The notes under the pieces: generated by a model
Databases searched by the model: none
What the model was told of the DNA's origin: nothing
The model's input: only the letters and a program-made list of their open reading frames with translations
Part shown: in pieces, positions 11,806 to 25,011 of the stretch
Numbering within the stretch: position 1 is the stretch's first letter
How the letters are laid out: the number at the start of each line of letters is the position of its first letter
Program-made: the position numbers and the translations under genes
Assembly: GCF_001194135.2 (NCBI RefSeq)
Contig: NC_068987.1
Location: 106,784,851-106,848,850, forward strand
Direction of reading: 5' to 3'
Source of the DNA: Octopus bimaculoides
Taxonomy: Eukaryota
DNA length: 64,000 nt

Positions 11806-13058
11806 TGTGAAGAATCCTGGCACTTATTTAAAACACACTTACATCTCCTTACATTCATTTGCTTCGCTTGGAAGTAACTTTGATATATCATCAAACATAA
11901 GCTTTTGTAATAAATGTTTAAACAACCAATGGAATTGAGTCAAAAATTGTATGTAGTAGACTATGCAATACTATCTCACAAAAAAGAATATATCAACATA
12001 TATGGTTGATGTACGTAGCTGTTGTTTCCATTCCACCATGTAATTGAAATAATTTTTTAACTATTCATGTCTTGTGGTATTATGTCTCATCTCTGTATGG
12101 AAACAGGATGGCAAAAAATCCCATGCAAGAATAATTGACTGAATTGTATATGAAAACGTTCAGAGACACCCCTCCACATATTCCTGGCGAATTCGGTCGA
12201 TTAATTATACAGGAAGATTTTTATGTCATTTACCAGAAAACTTAGGAATATTTTTATATAAATATGATACACGTGCGCTAACGCACTGTTTCCTGCACAC
12301 GCACTCACACACACAGACACACACAGACACACACATTCCAACAAACACACACAGGTACACACACACAGCATACAAACACACACAAGCACACACACACATA
12401 CGCAGACAAACGCGTACACACAGTGATAATTTACGTATGAACTTAACAGCAAAAAGCTTGATTGTAAAGACGCCAATGTAATTTTGAAGGAAATTAAAGT
12501 GGATATGTTGAAATTTTCTTTCCATAATCTGAGAAACTTAATTTTGAGGTTTTAAACATTCCTAATATGTATACATGTGCATATAAATGCGTATATATGC
12601 ATATATATGTATATATGCANNNNNNNNNNNNNNNNNNNNNNNNNNNNNNNNNNNNNNNNNNNNNNNNNNNNNNNNNNNNNNNNNNNNNNNNNNNNNNNNN
12701 NNNNNNNNNNNNNNNNNNNNNNNNNNNNNNNNNNNNNNNNNNNNNNNNNNNNNNNNNNNNNNNNNNNNNNNNNNNNNNNNNNNNNNNNNNNNNNNNNNNN
12801 NNNNNNNNNNNNNNNNNNNNNNNNNNNNNNNNNNNNNNNNNNNNNNNNNNNNNNNNNNNNNNNNNNNNNNNNNNNNNNNNNNNNNNNNNNNNNNNNNNNN
12901 NNNNNNNNNNNNNNNNNNNNNNNNNNNNNGATCACATCTTGTGTCTAATAAGACCTAAATTGTTCTCAACATGAAATATAGCGTGATACCAAAACGTAAG
13001 CGGGCAAGACATTTAAAATCACCGAAAAAGGAACATTATTAAACAGGGACCGGTTTCA

Positions 13059-13293
13059 AAATTTAACAATCTTACCGACTACTGAATATATGCGACGCAG
13101 TAAATATTCTCTGCAGACATATTCCTGGAATTAGCGCGCCAAAACGAAGACTTTTGAATTTTACCATTAAGCTGTAATTAGCAGAACCATATACACGCGC
13201 ACCTATGGCGGTGGGCAACTTTGTATGGGGTTCCTATGATTATGGTCCCATTACAAATCAGGCTGAAGAGAAGTCGGTAAGATTGTTAAATTT
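13059..13293. mobile_element. MITE-like unit bounded by a perfect 22-bp inverted repeat
   Basis: AAATTTAACAATCTTACCGACT (13059-13080) and AGTCGGTAAGATTGTTAAATTT (13272-13293) are exact reverse complements. The right side abuts a SINE-A tail. Confidence 0.55.
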
Positions 13294-13625
13294 GACTACG
13301 GCCATACTGTAACACCGTTTTTAGTCGAACAAATCGTCCCCCAGGAGTCACTCATTGTAAGCCTAGTACTTATTCCATCCGTCCCTTATACCGAACCGCT
13401 AATTTTGGGGGGCATAAGCATGCCAACATTGGTTGTCAAGCGAGTGTAAGTGGACAAACAGACACTAAGGCACACGCACAACGGGCTCCTTTTCATATCA
13501 GTCTACGAAATCCACTCACAAGGCATTGGTCAGCCCTAGGCTATATTAGACGACACCTGCCCAAGGGGCCACGTTGTGGGACTGAACACAGGACCATTTG
13601 GTTGAGGAGAATGCTTCTTACCACA
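13294..13625 (-). mobile_element. SINE-A, near full length, diverged
   Basis: The tail (CTAGTACTTATTCCATC..GAACCGCTAA) and head (AAATCCACTCACAAGGC..GCCCAAGGGGCCACG..GGGACTGAAC) are colinear with 42435-42817. Confidence 0.85.
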
Positions 13626-13896
13626 TACACACATATATATATATGCATACATACATACATACATACATACACACATACATATATTTATACAGAGACGCAC
13701 AAACTGACACTTGTCTGTGCGATTCCGTCCAGCAAATTCTCTCACATGGCAATAGTCATCCACCTGGCGGTTTAGAAGAAGAGGATTAGTCAAGATGGCA
13801 CGGCTGCAAAGTGAGCTCCTTAACTACACATTCGTGCTTCTTAACTACATATATATTCTCTCTGTCTCTCTGTCTGTCTCTCTGTCTGTCTCTCTG

Positions 13897-13946
<50 letters not shown>

Positions 13947-14043
13947 TATCTCTCTTTCTCTCCTCCGGAGTCAACAGAAAGCAGCAGCAACAATGGCCCT
14001 CAGTAAAAATACCCACGCATATAAATATATATATATGTATATG

Positions 14044-14083
<40 letters not shown>

Positions 14084-14394
14084 NNNNNNNNNNNNNNNNN
14101 NNNNNNNNNNNNNNNNNNNNNNNNNNNNNNNNNNNNNNNNNNNNNNNNNNNNNNNNNNNNNNNNNNNNNNNNNNNNNNNNNNNNNNNNNNNNNNNNNNNN
14201 NNNNNNNNNNNNNNNNNNNNNNNNNNNNNNNNNNNNNNNNNNNNNNNNNNNNNNNNNNNNNNNNNNNNNNNNNNNNNNNNNNNNNNNNNNNNNNNNNNNN
14301 NNNNNNNNNNNNNNNNNNNNNNNNNNNNNNNNNNNNNNNNNNNNNNNNNNNNNNNNNNNNNNNNNNNNNNNNNNNNNNNNNNNNNNNNNNNNNN

Positions 14395-14430
<36 letters not shown>

Positions 14431-15774
14431 TACATATATGTGTTTGCGCGTGTGTTTGTGTCTTCCCAAGATATGAAATCTTATATAAAAGAAGGTGAAT
14501 GCCGAGAGAATCAGTGGGACGAAGGAAATTAGATTCTATTTGAATGTGAGCGAGTAAAGGAAGAAAGGGTGAAAGGCGGAATGTTTGCGTGATAGAGTTT
14601 GATTATTTGTATGTAGAGGAATTCTGAGAATACTTTATACACAAGATGAACATTTTATTGAAGTTTACAAAAGCTAATATGATAATGACATGGGCGTTTG
14701 TGAGTTATAATGTGTTATTATTTGTAATTATACGTTATTTCTATTTATTTTAGGAAGAAAAAACAAAATAATTTTAATAAGATCACAAGCAACGCCTGAA
14801 TTTCTGAATTCCTATTATTTATGTGTAGTATAGTTTAATGGTATTTGCTCTATTATATATTTAAACAGAACAGAAAAGCACATGACTAACATTAACTATA
14901 GGTATATTTAGAAGTTAAACTAATTTGCATGTCAAAAAGTTACGAGAAAAGTCTTTTGACAAGGCTCTATACAGCTCATGTTTGACATGAACTTTGAAAT
15001 TCTTCAATACGAATATTCTATAAAGCCTATTTCAGTATTCTTCTCTTGAGAACCACCAAAATAAAAATAAAAAGAACAACAACAAGAAACAGCCTAAGTT
15101 TACTTAGCACGTACAATGTTGTATACATAATGAAGTTATTTATTTATTCTTACATTTCAATTGAAGCTGGATCAAATATTCTACAACTGTTGAAATATAA
15201 TGCAATATAATGTAATACAATATAATGTTGACAGATTGATATAAAATGTACGACAATTGTATAACNNNNNNNNNNATATATATATATATATGCTTGTGAG
15301 TATAAATATATGTAATATGAAAATAGTAATGTTCCTTACAGTGGAGGTGCATGCATCATATATTTCTGAAGCAAATGGTAGACCCTCTTTCTGCTAAATA
15401 TAGTAGCAACGTCTTCCTCAAATCCCATATTTGACCACCTTTAAAGTTCTAACATGAAATGCCACCGAGATCAACTTTGCCTTGCATCCCTTCGAGGTCA
15501 ATAAAACAAGCACCAGTTGAGTACCTGGGTCATTGTCATCAACGTGCACCCTTTCCCGAACTTGACAGAATGAAAGCTGATTTTCAATTTTGGCACAATG
15601 CCAGCTGTTTGAGAGGGAAAGGTCTTTTTGATAGCATCGATTTTAGTATTTCACTGGGATCTTAACGATCCCGAGAGTATGGAAGGTTATGTTGTTGACC
15701 TCGATAGACGAAGAACGGAGAACGTAAAAAAGATGGAAGAAAAGCCACTAGGCCATTTCTCCAATGCTTTAAAT

Positions 15775-15968
15775 AATAATAATCGTTTCTACTAAAAGCA
15801 AAAGGCCTGAAATTTTACGGGAAGGGACAGGTCGATTACATCGACCCCAGTGTTTCACTGGTACTTACTTCATGGACCCGAAAAGATGAAATCTAAGGTC
15901 ATCCTGACGGACGAAATGCACCCAAGCATTTTCCTTGGCGTGCTAGCGAGTCATCCAGCTAGCCGCCT
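15775..15968 (-). mobile_element. SINE-B (a further degraded piece lies at 15456-15545 +)
   Basis: GGTCGATTACATCGACCCCAGTG..CTGGTACTTACTT..GACGGACGAAATGC..AAGCATTTT..CCAGCTAGCCGCCT is the reverse complement of the SINE-B unit. Confidence 0.85.
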
Positions 15969-15969
15969 C

Positions 15970-16111
15970 AATAATAATAATGATAATAATAATAATAATA
16001 ATAATAATAATAGCAGTAGTAGTTGTAGTAGTAGTAGTAATAAGAATAATAATAATAATAATACTAAAAATAATAATAATAATAATAATAGTAGTAGTAG
16101 TAGTAGTAATA

Positions 16112-16184
<73 letters not shown>

Positions 16185-16556
16185 NNNNNNNNNNNNNNNN
16201 NNNNNNNNNNNNNNNNNNNNNNNNNNNNNNNNNNNNNNNNNNNNNNNNNNNNNNNNNNNNNNNNNNNNNNNNNNNNNNNNNNNNNNNNNNNNNNNNNNNN
16301 NNNNNNNNNNNNNNNNNNNNNNNNNNNNNNNNNNNNNNNNNNNNNNNNNNNNNNNNNNNNNNNNNNNNNNNNNNNNNNNNNNNNNNNNNNNNNNNNNNNN
16401 NNNNNNNNNNNNNNNNNNNNNNNNNNNNNNNNNNNNNNNNNNNNNNNNNNNNNNNNNNNNNNNNNNNNNNNNNNNNNNNNNNNNNNNNNNNNNNNNNNNN
16501 NNNNNNNNNNNNNNNNNNNNNNNNNNNNNNNNNNNNNNNNNNNNNNNNNNNNNNNN

Positions 16557-16637
<81 letters not shown>
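15970..16637. repeat. (AAT)n/(AGT)n microsatellite spanning an assembly gap
   Basis: Read directly; Ns at 16185-16557. Confidence 0.95.
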
Positions 16638-16639
<2 letters not shown>

Positions 16640-16855
16640 GTTATATCAGCATATACCGAGAAGAGAATAATCGCTGTGAAAACAACATCCATTCATGAAT
16701 TTATTTATCTGTTAATATTTTTTACATACATATTTTACCTGTGAATTTGCGTGTGTAAACTGGAAATGCATACAATGAGATTTTCTGCCCTAGGTGTATG
16801 GAAAACACTCGGCGAGAAATGGAAGAAAATTTGAAGAAAGAAGAAGAAAAAAACA

Positions 16856-17550
16856 TAATAATAATAATAATAACATTAATAATTTCACTTATTTGCTACA
16901 AGGGTGAAGGATGAGAGGGGGGTCAATACAAAGACAGACATAAAGTGTTGGGGTTGACATATAATGAATTGATAAAAAAAAGTATGTGTTCACGGTATAC
17001 ACTGAAAAATAAAGAGACATATGCAGAGCATATAAAGGTTAAAAAAATAGCGGGGAGGATGACAGAGACGTGGCCCATCTGAGACAGGGAGGCCTCTAGG
17101 AATAATCGCGGAACATCGCTGTGCGAGATCTCCCTCACACCTGAAGACCACGTGTCCTCTACAATTACTTCTCTCCGACTCACATGTCTAGACTTAGAGA
17201 GGTACCATCCAATCTTGCCATTTTCACAACTTTCACCCACCTTTGAATACGTTCACTCGCGGATATCACTTCCCTCTCAACTCTAATGTTTTTCTTTTCG
17301 AGTGATACTTGAAAAAGTCAATTAGAGCTTTACGAAAGAGGAACGTATCTGTCTTCCACCAAACCACTACATTTGCCACAGCTACCAGGCAAAGGAGAGC
17401 CACCAGGCAAAAGAAAGCTGCTTTGCCTGACCAATTGAGGGAGGGCTGCGGGGCTATCATCACTATAGACTCGGCCGACTGACGGATCCGCCCCACATGT
17501 GACAGCAGCTGTTCGACATAACTCCACGATCCAGCAGTGCCCGGTTACTG
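16856..17550 (-). mobile_element. L1/Tx1-clade non-LTR retrotransposon 3' end (ORF2 C-terminus, 3' UTR, (TTA)n tail)
   Basis: The minus strand reads Q*PGTAGSWSYVEQLLSHVGRIRQSAESIVMIAP..FFCLVA..VVWW..LIDFFKYHSKRK, then after a frameshift RVEREVI...RWVKVVKMARLDGTSLSLDM* (stop 17182-17180). This resembles the region after the Cys/His motif at the end of Tx1/L1 ORF2. A 3' UTR follows, ending AAATAAGTGAAA plus (TTA)n. Confidence 0.75.
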
Positions 17551-17755
17551 AATAATAGTTCCCAATTTTGGAACAAGGCCAGAAATGTTATTTGATGGAA
17601 TAAATCGGTTACTTGGATCCGTTTGCTTAAGTGGCACTTATTTTATCGAACCTGGTTGGATGAAAAGCAAAGTCAACCTCTGCAGAATTTGAACACAGAA
17701 GTTAAGGACGGATAAAATGCCGTTAAACATTTTGTCCGGCACAGTAAATAAACTG
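17551..17755 (-). mobile_element. SINE-B abutting the 5' break of the LINE fragment
   Basis: The reverse complement contains GAGGTTGACTTTGCTTTTCATCC..TCGATAAAATAAGTGCC and the tail GGCCTTGTTCCAAAATTGGGAACTATTATT. Confidence 0.8.
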
Positions 17756-18337
17756 ACACCTCGTACCCTTCCGAAATAGCACTAATATCAATATATTGCT
17801 TCATAGGGAATGCGCTATGTGATAGGCCGCAAATCTTTTTCAGTCAGATATTTGTTTGTCATTTGTTTCATGTGATGAGACTAGGGGGAACATTGGTTCT
17901 TGCTAGAACGTTGAGTCATACTAAGCGATGTTTTTGCGCAACATTTGTTAGAATAGAATGACGTATATATGCGTTAAGTCTACATATATAATAAATAATA
18001 GAAAAAAATGGTTGCGCAGAACATTACTCTTAATCAAAAAATTCGTAACATGAATATGTAAAGCGCGTTAATAAATCATCTCTTCCCTCATGGGCACATC
18101 TTTACAGCTGACTAATTGCACATGGATATTTGTCTATATATTTATTTATTCATAAAATACACTGTATTAGTTGGGTAGTAATTTTTGTTGCATCAACAGC
18201 ATTACACAATTGTATAAATGAGATGTATCAGGCAGTAATTTGTTTACATTTTAGTAAATAGTTTTCTGCTGACATCATCGGCTGTTTTGAAGAGATGAGC
18301 ATTTGTGGACGAAGATGTAACTATTATAGACACTATA

Positions 18338-18481
18338 GGCATAGGAGTCGCTCTATGGTAAGAAGCTTGCTTCCCAACAACATGGTTCCGAGTTCAGTCA
18401 CGCTGTGTGGAACCTTGGGAAACTGTCTTCTACAAGAGCTTCGAGTCGACCAATGCCATGTGACTGGATTTGGTAGACGGA
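18338..18481 (+). mobile_element. SINE-A 5' half
   Basis: AGGCATAGGAGTCGCTCTATGGTAAGAAGCTTGCTTCCCAAC..GGTTCCGAGTTCAGTC..GGATTTGGTAGACGGA. Confidence 0.85.
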
Positions 18482-18959
18482 GGTTGAAATCTTTTTATTT
18501 ACTCGTTTCTCGAACTTGTCAAATAGAATTTTGTGAGTGTAGCTTGTTCATTTATATAAAACAGATGTGTTGGGGGTGTTTTGTTTAGAAGAGAACATTG
18601 TTTTTGCCTTTTTGGGGAGGGGAGGTTCCATAACAATCCAGAAAGATAGATAGAAAGATAGGTAGATCGATTGATAAATAGTCAGACATATAGATAGATA
18701 GATATATAGATAGATAGATAGATAGACAGGAGAGAGAGGAGGGAAGGGGATTCCACTTCCTATTCACCGTACATTTATTAATTTCGTCATTTACCATTGT
18801 ATTGAACTAGGTTTAAGGATGGTGACCCTTCAATGAAAAAAAAAAGTAACAGATATGGTGTGGTTATCACTGTAAGTGTTTTTGCTTTCCTTCACTTTTC
18901 CCCCCCATTTTGTATCTTTTTTCCTCTTTGTTTCTTTTTCTCCTCTTTGCGTTATATCT

Positions 18960-19860
18960 AGAGTACAGAAGTACTGTCTCCGCTTTTCTTTCAAACATTC
19001 TTGAACGGAATATTTTAATGAAATGTAGTTCCTTTGCTTTTCGGTATTGCGGATCGTCCCGTGCACATTTGTAAAAGGGAAAAATTTTGAATTCTCCGTC
19101 ACTGCATTTTACCAAATGCTTACTTAATGGAATCTGCGTAATTTATCTTGTCGGATATATTGTCTGAGGCTTCTTGTACGTTGGCAGAGGGAATCATTTA
19201 TTTCGTCAATATAATTTCATGTGCAGTTTGGGCTGGTAATGCAGTATATAAGTTTTTGCGTTTTGCAGTTCATATCTGCATTTATTTGGAAAGGGAACCG
19301 CTCTTGAATGTTATGAGGGAACCACTTTCTAAGTAATATGTTGTTATTGTTGCATGTTCCACATCTCCTATCTCTACATTCTTTTACTAAGAATTCTGAT
19401 TCATTCTGCGATTTGAATTCTGCCCTTGTAATGTGTTTTTTTAAGGCTTTTTGGTTGGCGCCTACTATTCTCTAAGGTGTTTTATTTTGAGTCAGATTTT
19501 TCATTTTGGGGCTTTGTAGGTGTATAAGGAAGTTCGATTTTATGGCGTGAAAGATGTTGGTTATTCCAGGATTGTATGTGTTAACGAACGGAATCGTGTT
19601 GTCATTAACTTTTTCCTTAGGTGTCCGTAGTTGAGTGATGTTCAGTTTCATCGCTTTTTTTATTCCCTTTTTACTAGATCCAAAGGGGTATTTCTGCATT
19701 GTGAGGAAGCCTTTGAGTTCGTTGAGTCAGATTTCATGTATTTTGGGGTCAGTCAGTATAGCACATAGGCGTCTTGCAATATTGTATGCAATGGTGATTT
19801 CGTGCAAACAAAACTGTTTGTAAAGCACTTTTATGCCAGATCTATAATTGTTTACATATA
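18960..19860 (-). mobile_element. Penelope-like retroelement relic, lineage 1 (RT C-terminus + GIY-YIG endonuclease)
   Basis: The minus strand reads IAYNIARRLCAILTDPKIHEI*LNELKGFLTMQKYP, then IPFVNTYNP, RRQPKSLKK, ECRDRRCGTC, INADMNCKTQKLIYCITSPNCT*NYIDE, and FKIFPFYKCARDDPQYRKAKELHFIKIFR. Several stops and frameshifts. Confidence 0.9.
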
Positions 19861-20595
19861 TTGAACATGAACATTCATTATATTCATTTGAAATCCTCAC
19901 AATTTTCTGTAAATGTTGTCGAGTTACATATCAAATCACAAGATATGATTTATCTAAGACAGTCATGGGTAAGCTGCGTCCTGCAGTATTTTCTGTATAG
20001 CACACCTAACGAAAATATTATCTTGAATTTCAAGATAATCAAAGAGCCATGACTAGTGCATTTCTCTTCACAAGAAATGTTGCAATGTCTGATAAAATCA
20101 CAACAGTAACAGCAACAGCAACTAGAACAACAACAACAGCAACAATGTACTGCAAAGAAGCACCCAACAACGAAACGTTTGAAGATTTCCTATGGAGTCG
20201 TTAGAACATTCAATATCCCTTAAGGAAAGGATAGCACAGAATAAAGTCGTCTTAATCACACAATGCCTCAATGAAATACGGTATGTTGAAATTAGGTTCT
20301 GAAAGTTAGCAAAACAGATATATTAAGAAGTTATCGTATAACAACTTGTGACAGACTAGAGTTGAAATATGGATTTTTTTGCGTATTATATCATACATTT
20401 TAGGAGATTATATGTATTTAAGTGTAATGTATGTATTTGGAACTTAGAAGCGTGACAGGAGAAGTGTAGTGAGTTCAGAAGGAAGTGTATATTAAACTCA
20501 TTACCTTGTATTTTGTTTATTATATCATCATAAAACAGACGAAAATGACTCTCTAAAGTCAACTAGACATGGGATGTTCTGTATGATATTAAAAC

Positions 20596-20652
20596 TATCT
20601 ATTTATCTATCCGTCTGTCTACCTGTCTATCTATCTATCTATCTATCTATCC

Positions 20653-20708
<56 letters not shown>

Positions 20709-20775
20709 ATCCATCTATCTTTCTAATCTTTCTATCTATCTATCCATCTATCTATCTATCTATCTATCTATCTAT
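20596..20775. repeat. (ATCT)n microsatellite running into a gap
   Basis: Read directly. Confidence 0.95.
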
Positions 20776-21614
20776 NNNNNNNNNNNNNNNNNNNNNNNNN
20801 NNNNNNNNNNNNNNNNNNNNNNNNNNNNNNNNNNNNNNNNNNNNNNNNNNNNNNNNNNNNNNNNNNNNNNNNNNNNNNNNNNNNNNNNNNNNNNNNNNNN
20901 NNNNNNNNNNNNNNNNNNNNNNNNNNNNNNNNNNNNNNNNNNNNNNNNNNNNNNNNNNNNNNNNNNNNNNNNNNNNNNNNNNNNNNNNNNNNNNNNNNNN
21001 NNNNNNNNNNNNNNNNNNNNNNNNNNNNNNNNNNNNNNNNNNNNNNNNNNNNNNNNNNNNNNNNNNNNNNNNNNNNNNNNNNNNNNNNNNNNNNNNNNNN
21101 NNNNNNNNNNNNNNNNNNNNNNNNNNNNNNNNNNNNNNNNNNNNNNNNNNNNNNNNNNNNNNNNNNNNNNNNNNNNNNNNNNNNNNNNNNNNNNNNNNNN
21201 NNNNNNNNNNNNNNNNNNNNNNNNNNNNNNNNNNNNNNNNNNNNNNNNNNNNNNNNNNNNNNNNNNNNNNNNNNNNNNNNNNNNNNNNNNNNNNNNNNNN
21301 NNNNNNNNNNNNNNNNNNNNNNNNNNNNNNNNNNNNNNNNNNNNNNNNNNNNNNNNNNNNNNNNNNNNNNNNNNNNNNNNNNNNNNNNNNNNNNNNNNNN
21401 NNNNNNNNNNNNNNNNNNNNNNNNNNNNNNNNNNNNNNNNNNNNNNNNNNNNNNNNNNNNNNNNNNNNNNNNNNNNNNNNNNNNNNNNNNNNNNNNNNNN
21501 NNNNNNNNCCCCTCCCAAAAAGAAAAGCTCTACATTGTATTTGTCCCATCTTCGTTGAGCCCTGTGTGGCTAATAAAAGAAATGTATCTATCTATCTTTC
21601 TCTCTATATATAGT

Positions 21615-21843
21615 GAATGTGTCTGAGTTTCTGCCCACCACCATCGCTTTACAACCGATGTTGGCGTGTATATGTCCCCGTAACATAGCAGACAGAATAG
21701 CGGCAAAGAGTCCGTAACAAAGCGTCCGACAGAACAAGTACTAGCTTACAAAGAATAAGTTCTGGAGCAGATTTCCTCGACTAAGGGCGGTTCTCCAGCA
21801 GGACCACAGTCCGACGGCTGAAACAAATAAAACAATAAAAGGA
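21615..21843 (+). mobile_element. SINE-A 3' half
   Basis: CCACCATCGCTTTACAACCGATGTTGGCGTG..GTCCCCGTAAC..AAGTACTAGCTTACAAAGAATAAGT..CTCGACTAAGGGCGG..GAAACAAATAAAAC is the reverse complement of 42435-42620. Confidence 0.85.
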
Positions 21844-22707
21844 TATATATATATATATGTATGTATGTATGAAGTCAGATACAAACATAGACATATACAT
21901 GTATATATATTTATCTAAAATAACTCGATATATATAAATATGTATACACGTACATATGAATTTGTGTGAGATCACGCCTGTATGCGCGTGCGTCCGCGTG
22001 TGTGTGTGCAGGGCATGTGTATGTATATATGTTTGTCGGTGTGTGTGTTTTTATGTGTGTGTTTTTCACTTTTTGGCAGCTTCCGACCACCAGGATTTGA
22101 ACTGTGTATATTTGTAATGTGGATATTAATAGTAGTATTAACAGAATACGTTGCCACTGAGAGGTGCTAGCAATCCGTTATAGATTTATAATGTAAAAAC
22201 ATTTCCCGCTCATCATTCATTATTTTCAGGTTTGTCAACAGCATGTTTGTATCCCTTAACAGTTAAATTGACGATTAAACGTATCTAAGAAAACTTACAT
22301 CTAATTCTTATCATAACTCTTCCCAAATTAATAAGAAAATGTTGAAAGAATTTGAATATAATATTGATAAATAGCAATTTTGAACGGAAAGACATACACA
22401 CACTCAATGGATCATTAAAATATACAAGTTTTTATCATTCTCTCTCTGTTTACTTTCTCTTATTCGTTTCTGTTGAAGAGTATAGACTCGAAACCTAAAA
22501 GAAGTTTCATTTTCCCGAGCGCCAAACTAATACACTTGCCTGACTTCGTCTTTTGTTTTTCTATAAATTTCATCTTTATATAATTTCGTTTGTTTTATAA
22601 GGTGGACCACCCCAATGCAACGTTTCTGGCTTGAATGTCAACAAGTGCCATTCTAAGGCATTTTTGTTTGTTTGCTGTAACCTCAGCTTAAACCAAAATC
22701 AAGAGAT

Positions 22708-22822
22708 GTGGACCATTGCTGAGGCACTCAAGTTTGAAGGATGTTACTTTCGACTCCCACACTGGGCGGTGCGCTGAGCTCTTGAGCAAAATACTTCATT
22801 TCACGTTGCTTCAGCAATAAAT
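22708..22822 (+). mobile_element. SINE-C head, diverged
   Basis: TTCGACTCCC..CTTGAGCAAAATACTTCATTTCACGTTGCTTCAG matches the SINE-C CTTGAGCAAGACACTTTATTTCACGTTGCTCCAG box. Confidence 0.7.
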
Positions 22823-24786
22823 GTTACTTCGTGATGAAATGGAGACCCACTCAGGGACGATGTTCCGATTACATTCACGTATTCACCATGGGAACGCGAT
22901 ATATGCACCTATGAATCTTGTGACACCAGACAATAATGACCAAGGAATTAACGTTGATAACGACGAGTTTAATCCAAGCGCTGTGAATAAAACTGGAACT
23001 CGAGAAATTGTGAGGAAACTCCTGAGATAGGTGTAACACAATAGATATACTCTGCTGTGAATTTCACATGTTGCCTCGTCTAATGTAACTAATTGCTTTT
23101 GTGTGTTTATTAATGTTTTAAAGTCAGTAGAACCGGATTCATGGATAATTCATTCATCATGACTGTCTTCTCTCTAATATAACGTCAGTGGTATAGAAAG
23201 CTCCACTATATATATATATATATATNNNNNNNNNNNNNNNNNNNNNNNNNNNNNNNNNNNNNNNNNNNNNNNNNNNNNNNNNNNNNNNNNNNNNNNNNNN
23301 NNNNNNNNNNNNNNNNNNNNNNNNNNNNNNNNNNNNNNNNNNNNNNNNNNNNNNNNNNNNNNNNNNNNNNNNNNNNNNNNNNNNNNNNNNNNNNNNNNNN
23401 NNNNNNNNNNNNNNNNNNNNNNNNNNNNNNNNNNNNNNNNNNNNNNNNNNNNNNNNNNNNNNNNNNNNNNNNNNNNNNNNNNNNNNNNNNNNNNNNNNNN
23501 NNNNNNNNNNNNNNNNNNNNNNNNNNNNNNNNNNNNNNNNNNNNNNNNNNNNNNNNNNNNNNNNNNNNNNNNNNNNNNNNNNNNNNNNNNNNNNNNNNNN
23601 NNNNNNNNNNNNNNNNNNNNNNNNNNNNNNNNNNNNNNNNNNNNNNNNNNNNNNNNNNNNNNNNNNNNNNNNNNNNNNNNNNNNNNNNNNNNNNNNNNNN
23701 NNNNNNNNNNNNNNNNNNNNNNNNNNNNNNNNNNNNNNNNNNNNNNNNNNNNNNNNNNNNNNNNNNNNNNNNNNNNNNNNNNNNNNNNNNNNNNNNNNNN
23801 NNNNNNNNNNNNNNNNNNNNNNNNNNNNNNNNNNNNNNNNNNNNNNNNGGGGTAGATAGGTAGATAGATTGATAGATAGTTACATACATACTTGCATGCA
23901 TACTTACATTCATACATACATACATACATACATACATACATACATACATACCTACATACATAAATACATACATACATAGTTACATACATATGAATATGTG
24001 TACATATATATGCATCTATGCATGTATGTGTGTATCAATACACGAAGGAAGACTTTTAGTTTTACGTTAATTAAAATGTAAAATTGTCTTATCTGTAATG
24101 GCTCATTCGTCTCAAAAGCAGCATTGTGTCTCAATTAAACATGACAGCAGAATATCCAACTTAAAAGTACTTAACTGAAACATACAAAAACATAAAAAGA
24201 CTCTTCGCAAGTGAAGTTATTTCCAAACGTATATCAATTACGTTGTGAAATTCGTTGTTATGATTACTATCTCGAAATAAATTTGTTTCGTCTTAAATTT
24301 GAATAATTCGAAAAGATTCAAGAAATTCTATTATGAGTTATGTTCTATTTATCTTTCCTTACTTTTCCTTACTTTTTATCATTCATATATGTTTCACAGA
24401 CTATACACCAACTCTGCAACCTGTCATCTCAAGCCAATGCTAGAAGTAACAATGTTATTTGCCATAAATCACCCTCCACGCGTTTAAGCATGGACGGAAT
24501 CCTTAGGTAGTTTATTTCTAAATACCATTAAAGTGACGTGATGCTCACAGTTCGAATGTTATCTTGGGTATACTCAACTATTCCTCTAAGTGATAGCGAT
24601 TTCCTTTCACGGGGTCTTAGTTCTTATGATTTCCCTTCATATTCTACTCACGAAAATGAAACTTAGCCTTTAATATTGATAAAGTAATTCCTAACAAACA
24701 ATCGAGTTTCATTTATCAACTATTTCCTCTCCTTAAAATTTCTTTCGTAATTAATACCTAGTTTCGAATGTGTTACTCACCATCTA

Positions 24787-24970
24787 AGGCGGTAAGCTGG
24801 CAGAATTGTTGCTTAGCGGTAGTTCATCGGTCTTTACGTACTGAGATCAAATTCCACTGTGGTCGACTTTACCGGGTTCGATAAAATAAATACCAGCTGA
24901 GCACTGGGGCGGATATAATCGACTCACCTCTCCCCCCAGACTGCTGGCATTGTGCCAACATTTGAAATCA
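24787..24970 (+). mobile_element. SINE-B with the 'GGCATTGTGCCAACATTTGAAA' tail type
   Basis: AAGGCGGTAAGCTGGCAGAATTGTT..CAAATTCCACTGTGGTCGACTTT..TCGATAAAATAAATACCAGCTGAGCACTGGGG. Confidence 0.85.
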
Positions 24971-25011
24971 AATTGTTTCACCTTTTGCATATCTGATACA
25001 ATTTATTATTG

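Noticed and set aside
18804-18835. Possible hammerhead at the 3' end of PLE copy A (minus: TTGAAGGGTCACCATCCTTAAACCTAGTTC)
   Set aside because: The position fits, but too many core bases differ (C3, A9, G12) and stem I is absent.
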